A DNA stretch of 64,000 nucleotides from Octopus sinensis (taxonomy: Eukaryota), in NCBI RefSeq assembly GCF_006345805.1, contig NC_042998.1:163122001-163186000 (forward strand), written 5' to 3'. A program made the position numbers and the translations under genes. Below the pieces are notes generated by a model, which did no database searches, was not told the origin of the DNA, and worked only from the letters and a program-made list of their open reading frames with translations. Shown here piece by piece: positions 26,031-39,660 of the stretch (the first letter of the stretch is position 1; each line of letters starts with the position of its first letter).

Positions 26031-26959
26031 GTCATTACCACAGGGTATGGCTTAACATACCCCTCCCCTCCATCTTCTGCTGCTTTACCTATCCAGCACT
26101 TTTTTTTCTTTTCTTTCATTTCCTTTCTTATCTCTCTTTTCCCATGTTTCTTTATATTTAAATGTTATAATTTGAATTAAAATATTTTATTTTGTTATAC
26201 AGTTGATCTGAAATAAGATCTGAAAGAAGTTGAAATACGGCACTCTTATAACAGTTTATTTCTGACAAATTTATGTTTTTGTACTTCACTCCAGTATACA
26301 GTCACAGCATGGTGTATACATGTACAAAGCCATACATTTCCCCACCACAAAACTACTTAAAGATATATTTCAATAAATTTATGATCAAATATATTAAATT
26401 TGATTTTTCCACAAAATATTCTTGGAAAAAATAGGGATGTGTCTTACGTGAGAGTGCATCTTGTATACAGGCAAATGTAAAATGTCACGTGAAACTCTAT
26501 GTAAAAACATTAATAGCAGAAACAATGAAGTTGTATAACATGACCCCTATTTATTAAAGCACTGCTATGCTAAAATAAGTGAATCTTAAATGGAAAGATA
26601 ACTCGTCACTCACTTCTGAAAATATCACAATGCTATCAAAAAGCTGTATACAAAATAACAAGAAGAGAAATGTGGAAGTTTAATAAAAAAATTGGATGTA
26701 TTTTTGTTGACAAAAGCACCACTAACATGCATACAAATACAAATAAGTTTGGCTCCAGAACAAATGAAAGCCTCCACTTCATCACTTCATGCAAAACCCA
26801 AGAGATTGAAACAGACTTAATAAACCTTCTATAAAGAATGAGATTTATAAGTCACTCAAACAGTTTCCTAAAAAAATTAAATTACCTAAAGAATATTTCT
26901 AAGTACAACCCAACAAAGATAGAGATATGTCCTTGGAAAGAGAAAGACAGAGGATGGAA

Positions 26960-27135
26960 AAGAGAAAGAGAAAGAGTTAGAAGAGTTTGGCAAGAATAAG
27001 ACTTAGTTCTGAGATGCATTGAGGATAATAAGAAGGGACATTGTCAGAGTTGATAGCCTTGTTGGTTTGGTTTGAATTGACTGGAGGTACTTTCATGCTT
27101 ACCATGCAGTCTGAATATGAGAGGAAAGTGGGTAA
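26960..27135 (-). mobile_element. Decayed CR1/L2-like LINE RT remnant
   Basis: Minus-strand KAINSDNVPSYYPQCISELSLILAKLF resembles the KA.GPD.IP....C..EL...L..LF motif. Confidence 0.45.
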
Positions 27136-27729
27136 TAAATCTTCTAAAGTGAAGAGTAAATCACTTGGATTATCCTAGAGTCATCTTTTTTGATAAACGT
27201 TGATACCATGTATATATATCAAGAGATATCTCACTTAATAAAGACTTCTCCCATCAAACACATGTAGCACATACCAAAAGCACATCATGTGGAATTGTAG
27301 GTACCAGTTGCATGTATATATATCTATAATTTGCTGTCTTCAGGGAGGGCCATTATAACAATAATAAACTCATGTACTCACTTTATTATTTATCAATTGG
27401 TTACTTATTAAACCTAATAACTAATCAATTGTTTTATTAATCATTCAGTTAATCAATTGTGTTTGCCAAGGTCCTTTTGGCATTATTCATGATGAGTTCA
27501 CTCCAAGAATCTTGCAAACCAAATGCAAAAGCAAAATATATATACACGTATATCATCACCATCATCATCATTTAATATCCATTCTCCATGCTTGACAGGA
27601 GTTGGTCAGCTGGAGTGCTGTCTAGGTTCTATTTGTCTGTTGTGGGATAGTCTCTATGGCTTGATGTCCTTCTTAATGTCAACCACTTACTGGGTAGTTT
27701 TACATGGCACTAGCATGGGTATATTCTCT

Positions 27730-28092
27730 TTACTCTTTTACTCTTTTACTTGCTTCAGTCATTTGACTGTGGCCATGCTAGAGCACCACCTTTTGTTGAG
27801 GAAATCGACCCCAGGACTTATTCTTTATAAGCCTAGTACTTATTCTATCGGTCTATTTTACCGAACCGCTAAGTTACGTGGATATAAACACACCAGCATC
27901 AGTTGTCAAGCGATGTTGGTGGGGACAAACACAGACACACAAGCACACACACATATATATATACATATACATATATACGACGGGCTTCTTTCAGTTTCTG
28001 TCTACCAGCCCCCAAGGCTATAGCAGAAGACACTTGCCCAAGGTGCCACACAGTGGGACTGAACCCAGAACCATGTGGTTGGTAAGCAAGCT
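27730..28092 (-). mobile_element. Family A SINE
   Basis: tactcttttactcttttacttgcttcagtc...gggactgaacccagaaccatgtggttggtaagcaagc. Confidence 0.8.
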
Positions 28093-28277
28093 AAACTTTT
28101 TCAAAAAATCTTTTATTCATTCCCTCGCTTTCAGCCCATGTCTGTGAGATAAATAAAGTAGTTTAGAGCCATTTGGCATCTCCTTCTAGAAGGAGGCATT
28201 TCTTGGTACTTGCCCTTATTATTATTTTATAATTATATTTATAAAATGATATAGTTTCTTTATATATATAAATATAT

Positions 28278-29078
28278 ATACTCTTTACTCTTTTACTTGT
28301 TTCAGTCATTTGACTGCGGCCTTGCTGGAGCACCACCTTTAATCGAAAAACTCGACCCCCGGGACTCATTCTTTGTAAGCCCAGTACTTATTCTATCGGT
28401 CTCTTTTGCCGAACCGCTAAGTGACGGGGACATAAACACACCAGCATCAGTTGTCAAGCAATGCTAGGGGGACAAACACAGACACACAAACATACACGCA
28501 CACACACACACATACACTACCGTCAGAAATTAATTAGCACCCTTGATTTGCTCTTCACTCAAGGTATGTGCTGTCACCTAGTGGCCATATCTCGAACTAT
28601 TGCTTTGTTGCGAGTTCACTGTTGCGCAGAACGATGACGTAACTTTGTTTGCAGAGCAGTTTGAGAGTCTACAGCCTTATGATGTTGACATAGCAGTGCA
28701 ACAACAACTTGGAGTGCGGATGCAGACAAACTTCCTTTGTTTAATAGATATAGGTAGCACCTCGCAAGGACCGAAATCACACCATACTAAGTTTTCTCAT
28801 CGCGTAAGACGTTTTGAACAGCTCATAGGTTAATTGATTTAACCTATTTAATGTAGAAATTTGAGAAGTGCTAATTAATTTCTGACGCAAGTGTATATAC
28901 ATACATATATACGACGGGCCTCTTTTTCAGTTTCCGTCTACCAAATCCACTCACAAGGCTTTGGTCGGCCCAAGGCTATAGTAGAAGACACTTGCCCAAG
29001 GTGCCATGCAGTGGGACTGAACCCGGAACCATGTGGCTGGTAAGCAAGCCACTTACCACACAGCCACTCCTGCACCTA
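28278..29078 (-). mobile_element. Family A SINE interrupted by a Tc1/mariner-like MITE
   Basis: Tail half 28278-28512 and head half 28896-29078 are contiguous in other copies. Confidence 0.8.
28515..28893. mobile_element. Non-autonomous Tc1/mariner-like element (MITE), 379 bp
   Basis: TIRs cact(ac)cgtcagaaattaattagcac / gtgctaattaatttctgacg(ca)agtg, flanked by TA on both sides. Confidence 0.85.
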
Positions 29079-29306
29079 TATATATATAAAATGAGATAGG
29101 GGTTGTAAATTCAACCCTCCATAGGATAACATATATCCAATATACTGCTATTTTGTATAGTTATATCTCATCATATTGATTGTAATTATTGTACTGTATT
29201 AATGTCTAATCTCATTGCTATTGTGTAGTGTTTTAATAAAGTTTATGATTCGGTATTATCTGATAGTTGATGATTGATTTAGATATATTTCTCCATTTTC
29301 TCATTT

Positions 29307-29354
<48 letters not shown>

Positions 29355-30056
29355 AAAGATACACACAATACATGGAGCATACACATACAAACACATGCTT
29401 CACACACACACACAAACACTTATACATATATAGCTGAACTTGTGTGCATCCACATATACTGAGATTAAAGAATGTTTCTAGTCGTTGAGAGAAGAAGGAC
29501 TGAGGGGAACAGAAAGGGCTTATTTTATGCAAATGGGAAAGAGTTTGTGGGTATGTATCTATATAGGTATATATTTTTGCTTGCATTTTACTTCAATCCT
29601 TATGAGAGTTCAAGTTGGGTGCTAACAAAGCAACCTAAAGAATCTCAGATGGACAATCATTGGAATGTCTTACAAATCTTCATTGTGCTGCTAATAGAAT
29701 GGATTTTGAGAATGCATGTCAGTTTCTTTTGCTCTTTCTTTGCAAAATCTAGTATTTCTAGGTTTTTGGGTAAATCTATAAGTACATAGCCTGATGCACA
29801 TATCACGATAGGTGCAAATGAAAATTTATAATCAGGTTACAAGAGCTGTAAGTTCTGCCTTGATTCACCATAAATGTTCTCTTTTTCCCTGGACTTTTAA
29901 CAGTACTTTCACATCCACTGGCAACTGACGTCCACAACAGTGCATAATCTGTGTGTGTGTGCAAGTGATGTTATATAAAGCTAATGAAGGTTTGTGTCTA
30001 TGTATTTGTGTATGCTTCTATGTACAAATATGTTTATGTATGTCTAAATTTATAAG

Positions 30057-30226
30057 GTGTAGGAGTGGCTGTGTGGTAAGTAGCTTGTTTACCAACCACA
30101 TGGTTTCAGGTCCAGACCCACTGCATAGCACCTTGGGCAAGTGTCTTCTACTATAGCCTTGGGTCGACCAAAGCCTTGTGAGTGGATTTGGTAGACGGAA
30201 ACTGAAAGAAACCCATCGTATATATG

Positions 30227-30261
<35 letters not shown>

Positions 30262-30475
30262 TTGTGTGTCTATGTTTGTCCCCACCCCAACGTCGCTTGA
30301 CAACCGATGCTGGTGTGTTTACGCCCATGAAACTTAGTGGTTCAGCGGAAGTGACCGATAGAATAAGTACTAGGCTTACAGAGAATAAGTCCTGGGGTCG
30401 ATTTGCTTGACTAAAGGTGGTGCTCCAGGATGGCCACAGTCAAATGACTGAAACAAGTAAAAGAGTAAAAGAGTA
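30057..30475 (+). mobile_element. Family A SINE, near full length, sense orientation
   Basis: gtaggagtggctgtgtggtaagtagcttg (A-box region)...ttcaggtccagaccc (B-box region)...tgactgaaacaagtaaaagagtaaaagagta. Confidence 0.8.
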
Positions 30476-30823
30476 AGTAAATATACATATGCATATGAAA
30501 ATTCCAATACATTTTCGATGTTAATTTATGCATACATTCGAACACATGCAATAACACACATTTGAATCTACACATAGTAACACACGCTGCCTTTGTTTTA
30601 TCATCATGTTGTAATGACTTTAAAAATAGAGCTTATAGCCATTGCAAGACTCAGCTGGAGTTAGAAGGTAAGTTTTTGGTGAAAGAATTTGTCATGGATA
30701 CCACATGTGTTGCTCCGAGGCTGTATAGAGAAAGATAACGGTTTGGTATTGAACTGTAGAAACCACAAATTAAAAAAAATAATTGCATGTATGTATGTGT
30801 GCATGTATGTATGTGTATATGTG

Positions 30824-30930
<107 letters not shown>

Positions 30931-30940
30931 GATAGATAGG

Positions 30941-30998
<58 letters not shown>

Positions 30999-31941
30999 CA
31001 TAGATACATACATACATACATACATACAGATATGCATATACATATACATACATATATCTATGTATATATTATATAAGTATATATATGTATGTGTGTGTGA
31101 GTATATATACATGTATATATTTATGTATATATTATATATGTGTGTATATATATATGTATATACATTTGTAAATAAATAAAAAAAAATAACATATAAAAAT
31201 ATATACAGACATATATATAAAAGAAAGACTCTAGAAAGATTGTTTTAAATAAATTTAAACTTAAATGTATTTCAACACAATTAAAACTTCACTTAAAATC
31301 TATTGATTATTTAAAACTTTTCTGTAAAAAAGACGCCCCCCACCCAACAAAAAAAAACTAATTAAAAAAAATATTGAGTAATAACAACAGGTACAACATA
31401 AGCAGCAACATTACGACCATTACCAACAGAAGCACCATGACAACTGCCACCAACTATAAGAACAACCAACAGCAGTGATAAAACCTAAAAAACTAATAAT
31501 ACAAATATCTAATAATGATGATGTGAATAATAATAGTAATAATGATAATAATAATAATACTGTGAATAATAAAGTTATGTATGCTATTTTCCATATTATA
31601 CTTTTTCTTTTGTTTTCCAGTTCGTCTTTTAACTAAATATTTTTTGTTTTTGTTTATATGCTTTTAACTTTTTTTTTTTTACCTGGATGGAAGGAAATAT
31701 TTGGCAAGCTAATTTGACATTAAGTTTTATTTACTTGTGTAATGCTTTTTGTTAATATATTTTGCAAGGATTATCAAATCTATTCTTGTATAAGCCATGA
31801 CACACAGCTGCACGAAATTCAACCCCAAAAATGGTGCTAAGAAAGTCAGAAATTATATAAAATTTATATCAAGTAGAAATTTTCTTCATCCTATAAATAA
31901 TTCTATACCATATTGTTTCTTTACCATTTCTGCTTTTATAG

Positions 31942-32017
31942 CTATAGAAATGGAGGTGGTAGATTTAATTTTGATGAGAAGGTGGCACATCAAGAACCAA
32001 ATGTGAAGGAGAATTAA
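31942..32017 (+). CDS. Candidate terminal coding exon (YRNGGGRFNFDEKVAHQEPNVKEN*)
   Basis: Acceptor ttctttaccatttctgcttttatag, phase-2 open frame to TAA at 32015-32017, non-repetitive AT-rich downstream region; no homology recognised. Confidence 0.25.
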
Positions 32018-32496
32018 TACAATTTAACACCCTAGTGTGTGTGCGTGTATGTGTATGTGTGTGTGCGCACATGTGTATGTGTATTTGTTTTTGGAGAGTT
32101 TTGTGTAATATTTAGAAAATTTTTTCCATATGTTTATTAAAAATAAGAAAACATTAAAAAGTGTTGTTATATAATTCTTTTTTACTTTTTTGGCAAAAAT
32201 AAATTTTAATTATTTATTTATTTATTTATTTTGTCTTGTTTTAGTAGTATATTTCAACAAATTCTTGCATGAATGTTACAAAAATGTAAATATTTCATTT
32301 TCAATATGTCTTTGATATCTTTACCAATTCCTCTTTGAAAGAAAGCAGGCTTGTTAGAGAAAAGTCAAGAAGTTCCAAATTTACAATTTATCATTAAAAT
32401 TTGACTTAATTTGTTTTTGTTGGTTTCACTTTCACATTCACTATAGTTATATCAGAAAATATTTAATGCAAACTGTTATTATTATTTTCAACATTA

Positions 32497-32864
32497 AGGT
32501 GGCAAGCTGGCAGAATCATTAAATGCTGGACAAAATACATAACAGTATTTTGTCCATCTTTATGTTCTGGGTTCAAATTTTGCCAAGGGTGACCTTGCTC
32601 TCATCCTTTCAGGGTTGATAAAATGATACTAGTTGAGCATTCACTTCCGTACAATTGGCTAATCCTTTCCCTCTATTGTAGACAGATTTTTTTTTTCTTG
32701 AAGCTGCCGCTTTGTTTTATATGTGCTGGGTTCAAATTTTGCCAACTTCATCTTTGTCTTTCATCCTTTTCAGAGTCAAAATAAGTACCAGTTAAGTACT
32801 GAGGTTGATGTAATCAATTAACCCCTCACCCAAAATTTCATGCCTTCTGCCTATGGTAGGAAGG

Positions 32865-32866
<2 letters not shown>
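32497..32866 (+). mobile_element. Two family B SINE copies, the second ending in an (ATT)n tail
   Basis: ggtggcaagctggcagaatc...ctgggttcaaatttt; ...ggtaggaaggattattatt. Confidence 0.65.
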
Positions 32867-32920
<54 letters not shown>

Positions 32921-32922
<2 letters not shown>

Positions 32923-33190
32923 GAAAACTCACAACTTATTTTGCTGGGTATGATGGAAAGTGTCAGCTGTCCACAGTCAGCAGACTAAGGCGACACTTGT
33001 TTACTGGTCATACTTAAGTACCCTGCGAAGAATTCTTGCAGTTCCAAGCAATGCTGATTTTTGTAGGTGTTCTCCCTTCACACTTGCACCAATCTTTTTC
33101 AGCCATTTTGGTAGTTGAGCGCTGATACTTCCAAGTACTTTTGGTATCACATCTACTCTCTTCACTGACCACAACCTTTGTGTTGTTGTT
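32921..33190 (-). mobile_element. 5'-truncated Dong/R4-like non-LTR retrotransposon 3' end
   Basis: RLWSVKRVDVIPKVLGSISAQLPKWLKKIGASVKGEHLQKSALLGTARILRRVLKYDQ*, typical C-terminus after the RLE nuclease; the 3' end abuts (TAA)n. Confidence 0.75.
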
Positions 33191-33223
33191 ATTACTATTA
33201 TCATCATCATCATCATCATCATT

Positions 33224-33262
<39 letters not shown>

Positions 33263-33654
33263 GTGGTGGTGGTGGGGGGTGATGATGATGATGATATCTA
33301 AAGGTCAGGACTGACCATGAATCTGCCTGTTTATGTGCAAGCTTGGGCAAGATTTTTGGAAGAAGACTGGCAGTTGCCCATGCATGTAAGCCACTAATGT
33401 TTATACAAAGTAAAGGTCACTGACTTGGATTAAATATGACTTGGCAACTGTGTCTTCAAAGACATTGATGCCAGAATACAAAGAGCCAAAGCAGATACCA
33501 AAGGCATCTCATTTGACCCTCTAACAGTTCCATTGATCCACCATTCTGGATTGGTACTTTTTTTTTATCAACCCCAAAAGGATGAAGCCAGCAGAATTTG
33601 AACTTGGGATGCAGAGAATCAGATCACATAACTGGCACTCCATTAATCCAATAA

Positions 33655-33915
33655 ACAGAACAGCCTGCTTGTGATATTAACATGCAAGTGACGGAGCATT
33701 CCACAGACATGCATATCCTAATGTAGTTCTCAAGGATATTCAGTATGACAAAGAATGTGACAAGGCTGGCCCTTGGAATTACAGACACAACTCATTTTTG
33801 CTAGCTGAGTGGACTGGAGCAATGTAAAATAAAGTGTGGGCACAATGCACTGTCGGGAATTGAACTCATGTCTTTATGATTGTAAACCAGATACCCTAAC
33901 CATTAAGTTATGCTT
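33655..33915 (-). mobile_element. Family C SINE
   Basis: gctagctgagtggactggagcaatgtaaaataaagtg...ggaattgaactcatg. Confidence 0.6.
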
Positions 33916-35380
33916 AATATTTGAATCAGATCAAATATTACAAAGCATTCTACCCACCTCCCTAACAACTCTACCAATTCACTGCCTTTGTATTTACTAT
34001 ACAATTTATAAATCACACAAGTTATTTGCACTTTAAAAAGTAACTTTCAGAAAAGTGCTCAGTCATTTAAATTATCAAATCTTAGTTTATGATTAGACTA
34101 AGTACATACAAGTGTTCTGTATCATGAGATTGTGTGATTTGTTTGATTTTACTAGATGTAGAAGTGTCTGAGATTTTTACTATGTTGAATATTTAAAACA
34201 AAAATCCAGGAGAATTGACAACTCCATTGTTAGATGTAAATACAGACATAAGAAGAAAATAAAAAAAAGAAGCCATAGATAAATTATATCCATTTATATT
34301 TGAAATCACTAATAAATGCGTGAACATGCATTGAGCTGGTGTATGTAAACAAGCATAAATCGTTAGTTATAAAATCCTTTTTCAGAAAAGTCTTTAGATT
34401 CTACTCCATAATCAAGTCATTTCAAACAGAAATACGTGGAATAAAGCAAACACCAAGTGAATAATGGGTGTAGAGACACAACTTGGTACACCAAACTGTA
34501 AAGCAATACAAATACAAATTTCAACTCAGAGAATACAACATATTATATGCACGTGTGTGTGAATGTCTGTATGTATATGTGTGTGTGTGTGTGTGTGTGA
34601 ATATATACATGTGTGTGTATGTGTGCGTGTGTGTGCTGAGAGAGAGAGGGGTGTCTGGTACTATGTATAGTTGGGTTAATTGTACTCTGGATGAATGAGC
34701 ATCAGCCTGCAGCCTACTACTAATTAGAAGAGAGAAGCAGTTATTCCTGCTGACATTACAAATATGAATTATATATGTGTGTGAGTGTTACACTCATACA
34801 TACATACAAACATACATACATACATACATATACACAGTCATACATGCACACATACGTACACACACACATGCACAAGCACAAACACACACAGGTGCAAGCA
34901 CACACACACACACAAACAAACATATATGTATATATATAACTAAAGTTTGCAATGCATTTTGTTCGTTGCTCTACTGATTCTGCAAATCCAATGGCTTTAT
35001 TGTATTTAATAAAAGAAAAAATGTGTATATGTGTACACACGTGTGTGTGTGTGTGTGTATTTGTATGCGTGCACTAAATGCAATAGATCTGTTAGACTGG
35101 CAAACTCAGTTCGTAGTGAAAGACAGAATGTGTTGCCAACTTCAGTTGTTTCCCTTTCCATTCTAAGTTCAAATTCTACCAAGATCTATTTCACCTGCCA
35201 TCTGCATCTAAGTGATAACGTACTTGTCAATTGCTCAATTACTGAGCTGATATACCTGAATATATTGCTCAGGCTTGTTCAGAGGACTTAGTGCTTAATG
35301 CTTATATTAAAACCATTATGTAATATGTTATTGACAATATATATATATTATATATATATATATATTGGGTTATCTATCAT

Positions 35381-35415
<35 letters not shown>

Positions 35416-35532
35416 GTGTGTGTGTGTGTGTATTTTGGGATATTTGTTTATTGCTTATTTGTATATATTAAGTAATAAGTGCAGCATGTTTAGTATATTA
35501 ATATTATTATTATATTTTTCAAGTTAATTATA

Positions 35533-35668
35533 TCCTCTGATGAGGCCTATGGTTCTTTTAACATATAAGTTATATATTTTTTAAATGCCTACAACCCTAA
35601 TATATTGACATCTATAGGCAATGTAAATTGGATTCACTTTTGACCATAGGCTGAAACAGCTGTAAGAA
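35533..35668 (+). ncRNA. Type I hammerhead motif with long helix II insert, slightly decayed helix I
   Basis: tcct-CTGATGA-ggcctatggt...accataggct-GAAA-cagctg-TA-agaa; helix II 9 Watson-Crick bp plus G.U; palindromic helix III. Confidence 0.7.
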
Positions 35669-36063
35669 GTAGCTTATGGATTTCAATAATTTATAATATG
35701 ACTTTTAAAACCCGTATTTGTATTATTATATTATCTATTGATTTATATAATATTTTGTATGCTTTTGATGTTCTCATTTGTAAAATGAATAAATAATCTA
35801 ACATTATAATATCCGTAAGTTGATGAGCAAACTGAATCTGTTTCTCCATTTTCTTATTTGTATTATAAATTTACGGTAAAATTATTTCTTTACCTTCACA
35901 CATTTAATACAATAAATGAATTAATTACATTGCAATTAAAAACATTTGTGTATTAAGAATTTGGTTACTTTACCAACAGAATATATGATAATTGATATCC
36001 CATAGTGGGTTACATCCATAACCCCTCTCTTACTTTGTATTATATACACACATATATATATAT

Positions 36064-36137
<74 letters not shown>

Positions 36138-36482
36138 ATTATTAATAATATAGAGTAGGGAAACTTGTACATCCACAACATTAATTTTATAGTTATATAC
36201 AACACATTATAATGACTTATACGTGTTTCTGCTGCACTATTGCCAATTACACCCTCCAATGTTCTCATTGCAGCTTCAACAATTTGTAATCACAGACATT
36301 AAATACTGATTGTTGTGGTTAGCCATTAACTGGAACCTAACTGAGAGGTGATACAGTAACTGCCCGGATAACATATCCCTCCAAACTTGCTTTTATATAT
36401 ATAAATAATATAGGGTAAAATCATTAATAATTTTACCAAGTAGTCAGTACGTAAATAAAAACCTTTTAGGTACATTTTACAA

Positions 36483-36680
36483 ATTATTCTGTAATTATAT
36501 ACATAATTATAACAAGGGGTCAGCTATGTGCTTCACCACATTCTGAATTAGTAATAGATGCTAATGTCTTTTCTACTACCTTTGTAGTAGAAAGGACATC
36601 AGTGTCTATTTCTAATTCAGTACATGGCAAGGCACATAACTGACCCCTTGTTATAATTATGTATATAATTATAGAATAAT
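36483..36680. repeat. ~200-bp imperfect palindrome (foldback) beside (TA)n
   Basis: attattctgtaattatatacataattataacaaggggtcagctatgtgc is mirrored at the right end; centre ttctactac-cttt-gtagtagaa. Confidence 0.85.
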
Positions 36681-36859
36681 ATATATATATATATATATAT
36701 ATATCATATCATATCATATCATATTTGGTGGCTGTAAAGATGCATGGGAATATTACATGTACCCTAGTATCTACTGGGCATATTCAGAAAAACAGTTTTT
36801 AGTGCATTAAAGCATGTAATATAGGATCAAGTGAAAGTGACAAACTTGCTCAATCGTTA

Positions 36860-37050
36860 CTGTTCCAGGCAAAATAATTAGCAATATTTCATCCATCTTA
36901 ACATTTTAAGTTCAAATTCCACCTAGCTCTACTTGGCCTTTCATCCTTTCAGGGTCAATAAAATAAGTACCAGTTGAGCACTGGGTCTGGTGCAACTGAC
37001 TTACCTGCTCTCCCAAACCTCCTGGTCATGTGCCAAAATATGAAACCAAT
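36860..37050 (+). mobile_element. Family B SINE
   Basis: ttaagttcaaattcc...cctttcatcctttcagggtcaataaaataagtaccagttgagcactggg. Confidence 0.6.
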
Positions 37051-37689
37051 ATAGGTTCATGCTTTGCAAATAGGATCCAGAGTGAGTTTTTGAGATATTT
37101 TGGGGGAGGGAAAATGTGCCTTAAATATAGTCTATAATATTGTTATTATAGTTGTCAAATACCAATGCCAACTACACCATCTTCTGTTACAAGTTGGCAT
37201 TCATCATATATTTATTATGTTATCTTTTGCTTAGGACCCCCAACTGACCTTGAGGTGACTGTTTCTCTTTTAGGGTCAATCAATTAATGAACCCATCAAA
37301 ATTTATAGTCTCAGAAGGCAAGAGAGATATATTCTTACCTCATCTTTCCAAGTTATCAGTCAATCTTAAGTTTTCCACCATTCTTTGATGTTGTTCAGTC
37401 ACCATAGTCTTAGTCAATGACTAACCACATTTGCTTAAGAACTGTAATATAATTTACTTTCATTCCTTTTCACTCAGTTTTTCTCCTTGTTTCTTTTTAT
37501 CTTTTCTTCCTTGTTGTAAGTCCCATCGGCACTGATTGACATTTTGTAATGTCTCTCATCTGTCAACCTTTTCCTTTAGCTCTTCTCTTATTAGTTTGTT
37601 TTAGCCATCACAGGTAAAACAATATCATGTGCAGTCAAGTATTAAGGTCCTTTTAAGGTGACATTTTGACATATATTTCTATGTATTTA

Positions 37690-38720
37690 CTGAGTGGATG
37701 GTTTATTTCCACTGTTTTCACATTGAAAGTGAAAATGGACTGAAGATGAGAAACATTTTCGTCATTTGATGTTCTTTTATTTCCAGAAAGTAAAAAAATG
37801 CTGTTCAAGCAGAAAAAAACATACAGTTTAAGGAGCTAGTGCCATAGCTAAAAGTACTGATCAACAGTGGTTCACTTGGTTTAAGAGTGAAAATTTGAAT
37901 GTGGAAGACCAGGAACATTCCAGCAGACCTATAGCCACTGATGACCAAATTGAAATGCTAATCCAATATAATCCTAGTCACAATATGAGACACTACAAGG
38001 ACACTCTACATATCTCATATGAGCATTATAATGCGTTTAAAAATACTTGGATAAATAAATCCCTATGATGGTTGGGTACCTTGTAATTTATTGGAAAATG
38101 ATTGAATGGACTGCATTTCCTTCTGTGACACTCTGCTCAAATGCAACAAAAATTATCCATTTTGGCAAGAACAGCCACAGGTAATAAAAAAATGGATTGT
38201 GTGCAACAATGTGGAGTGAGCAAACTAGTGGAGAAAATGGCTTGAACCACCTTTAATAACTCTAGAAGCTGGTCAGTAACTGAAGAATGGGATTCTCTGT
38301 ATCTAGATGGTTATTGTGCACTATGAGCTTCTGCAAAATTGTATGCTGAATTCTGACAATTACTATTCCAAACTAAGCCACTGATAAATGTCCAGAATTG
38401 GCAAATCAGAAGAGTGTCATCTTCCATCAGAGAAATGTTTTTCTTGTAGATCCAACAGAAATTGTTAGTTTGGCTAGGATGTCCTTCCACACCCACGGTA
38501 CTCAAGTGACCTTGCATCTTCAGAGTACGAATTATTTTGATACCTAAACAAATGTCTCAATGAGAAAAACAACAGTTCTTGGGAATACTGTAAAGACCAC
38601 TTAAACTGGTTCCAGACTCAGAAAGATGCCAATTTCTGAGAGGCTAGAACCATGAAACTGGCTCAAAGATGGCAGAAAGTAATGGAACAAAATAGGATAT
38701 ATGTGGTTGAACAGAAGTAC
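37690..38720 (+). mobile_element. Decayed mariner transposon (most of the transposase span, many stops and frameshifts)
   Basis: Remnants of ..KHFRHLMFFYF.., WF..F..ENL..EDQEHSSRP, GWVP..L, WIVCNN, WDVLPHPRYSSDLASSEY. Confidence 0.75.
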
Positions 38721-39130
38721 ATACAGATATCTAAATATTGTTTCTTAATTTTACTTTAAAAACAGCAGGAACTTTTTTTCCAAGACAATATTTCTCACCA
38801 CTAGCACAACAAATACACTGTCCCAGTAACAATAATTTTAACATATAGCACATACAAAACACAATCATGAGCCAACAAAATAACTTACATTGTCTGTATT
38901 CTATACAATAAACACAATAGTCTGACAAATAATAACACAAACAGTAAAAGAAAATCCAATTCTATATTTCCAAAAGAAAATAGCTGGTCCTCAACAACAC
39001 AGTGGGGAAACTGATGACACTGTAGAAACTCCCATAAAACTGATGCTTCCTAGAGCTAATGTTGTTGTGATTCAGCCAGTCCACTGATCTGACGCTAGCC
39101 TCTGATTAAGTCTTTTCTTTCTTTATGCCT

Positions 39131-39660
39131 TTAACCCTCCAATGCGGAGTATAGGCCACTTATAGTTGAATTCCATGTCACATAATTTTTGGCTTCTGTA
39201 CTTTTACTCTGCCATGAATGTCCCCTTTTCTCTAGTTCCTTTTGTGTTGATCTATGCCACGAGTTCATAGGCCTACCGCTCTTTCTGTATCCATCCGGTG
39301 TCCACTGTAAAGCATTTTTCGTTACATTTGGTGTGTCTTTTGTAATTGTGCTACCAATCCACTTCCACTTCTTCTTAAGTATTTGCTCCCTAATCGAAAC
39401 TTTATTAGTTCTTTGCCAAAGCTCCATATTGCCTATGTGTTCAGGCCATCTAATTTTAAGTATACTACGCAAGCATCTATTGATGAATTATTGTATTTGC
39501 TTATTTGACTTAACTGTTGTTCGCCATGTCTCAGCCCCATACTATAACACCACTTTTACGTTAAGTCTACTACCTAAGAATGTTATGGTGAGCTTTTACT
39601 ACAGAACATAAAAAGCCAGAACAAATACAAGATAACCAGTATTCCAGTTCAACGTTCTTA
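39131..39660 (-). mobile_element. RTE-clade LINE 3' fragment (post-RT C-terminus)
   Basis: ORF 39131..39472: RSILKIRWPEHIGNMELWQRT...KKKWKWIG...NALQWTPDGYRKSGRPMNSW. Confidence 0.85.

Noticed and set aside
36210-36285. Minus-strand hammerhead-like TTGTTGA-agctgca...tgcagca-GAAA-cacg-TA
   Set aside because: Two core mismatches, a mispaired helix II base and no clear helix I; too degenerate to call
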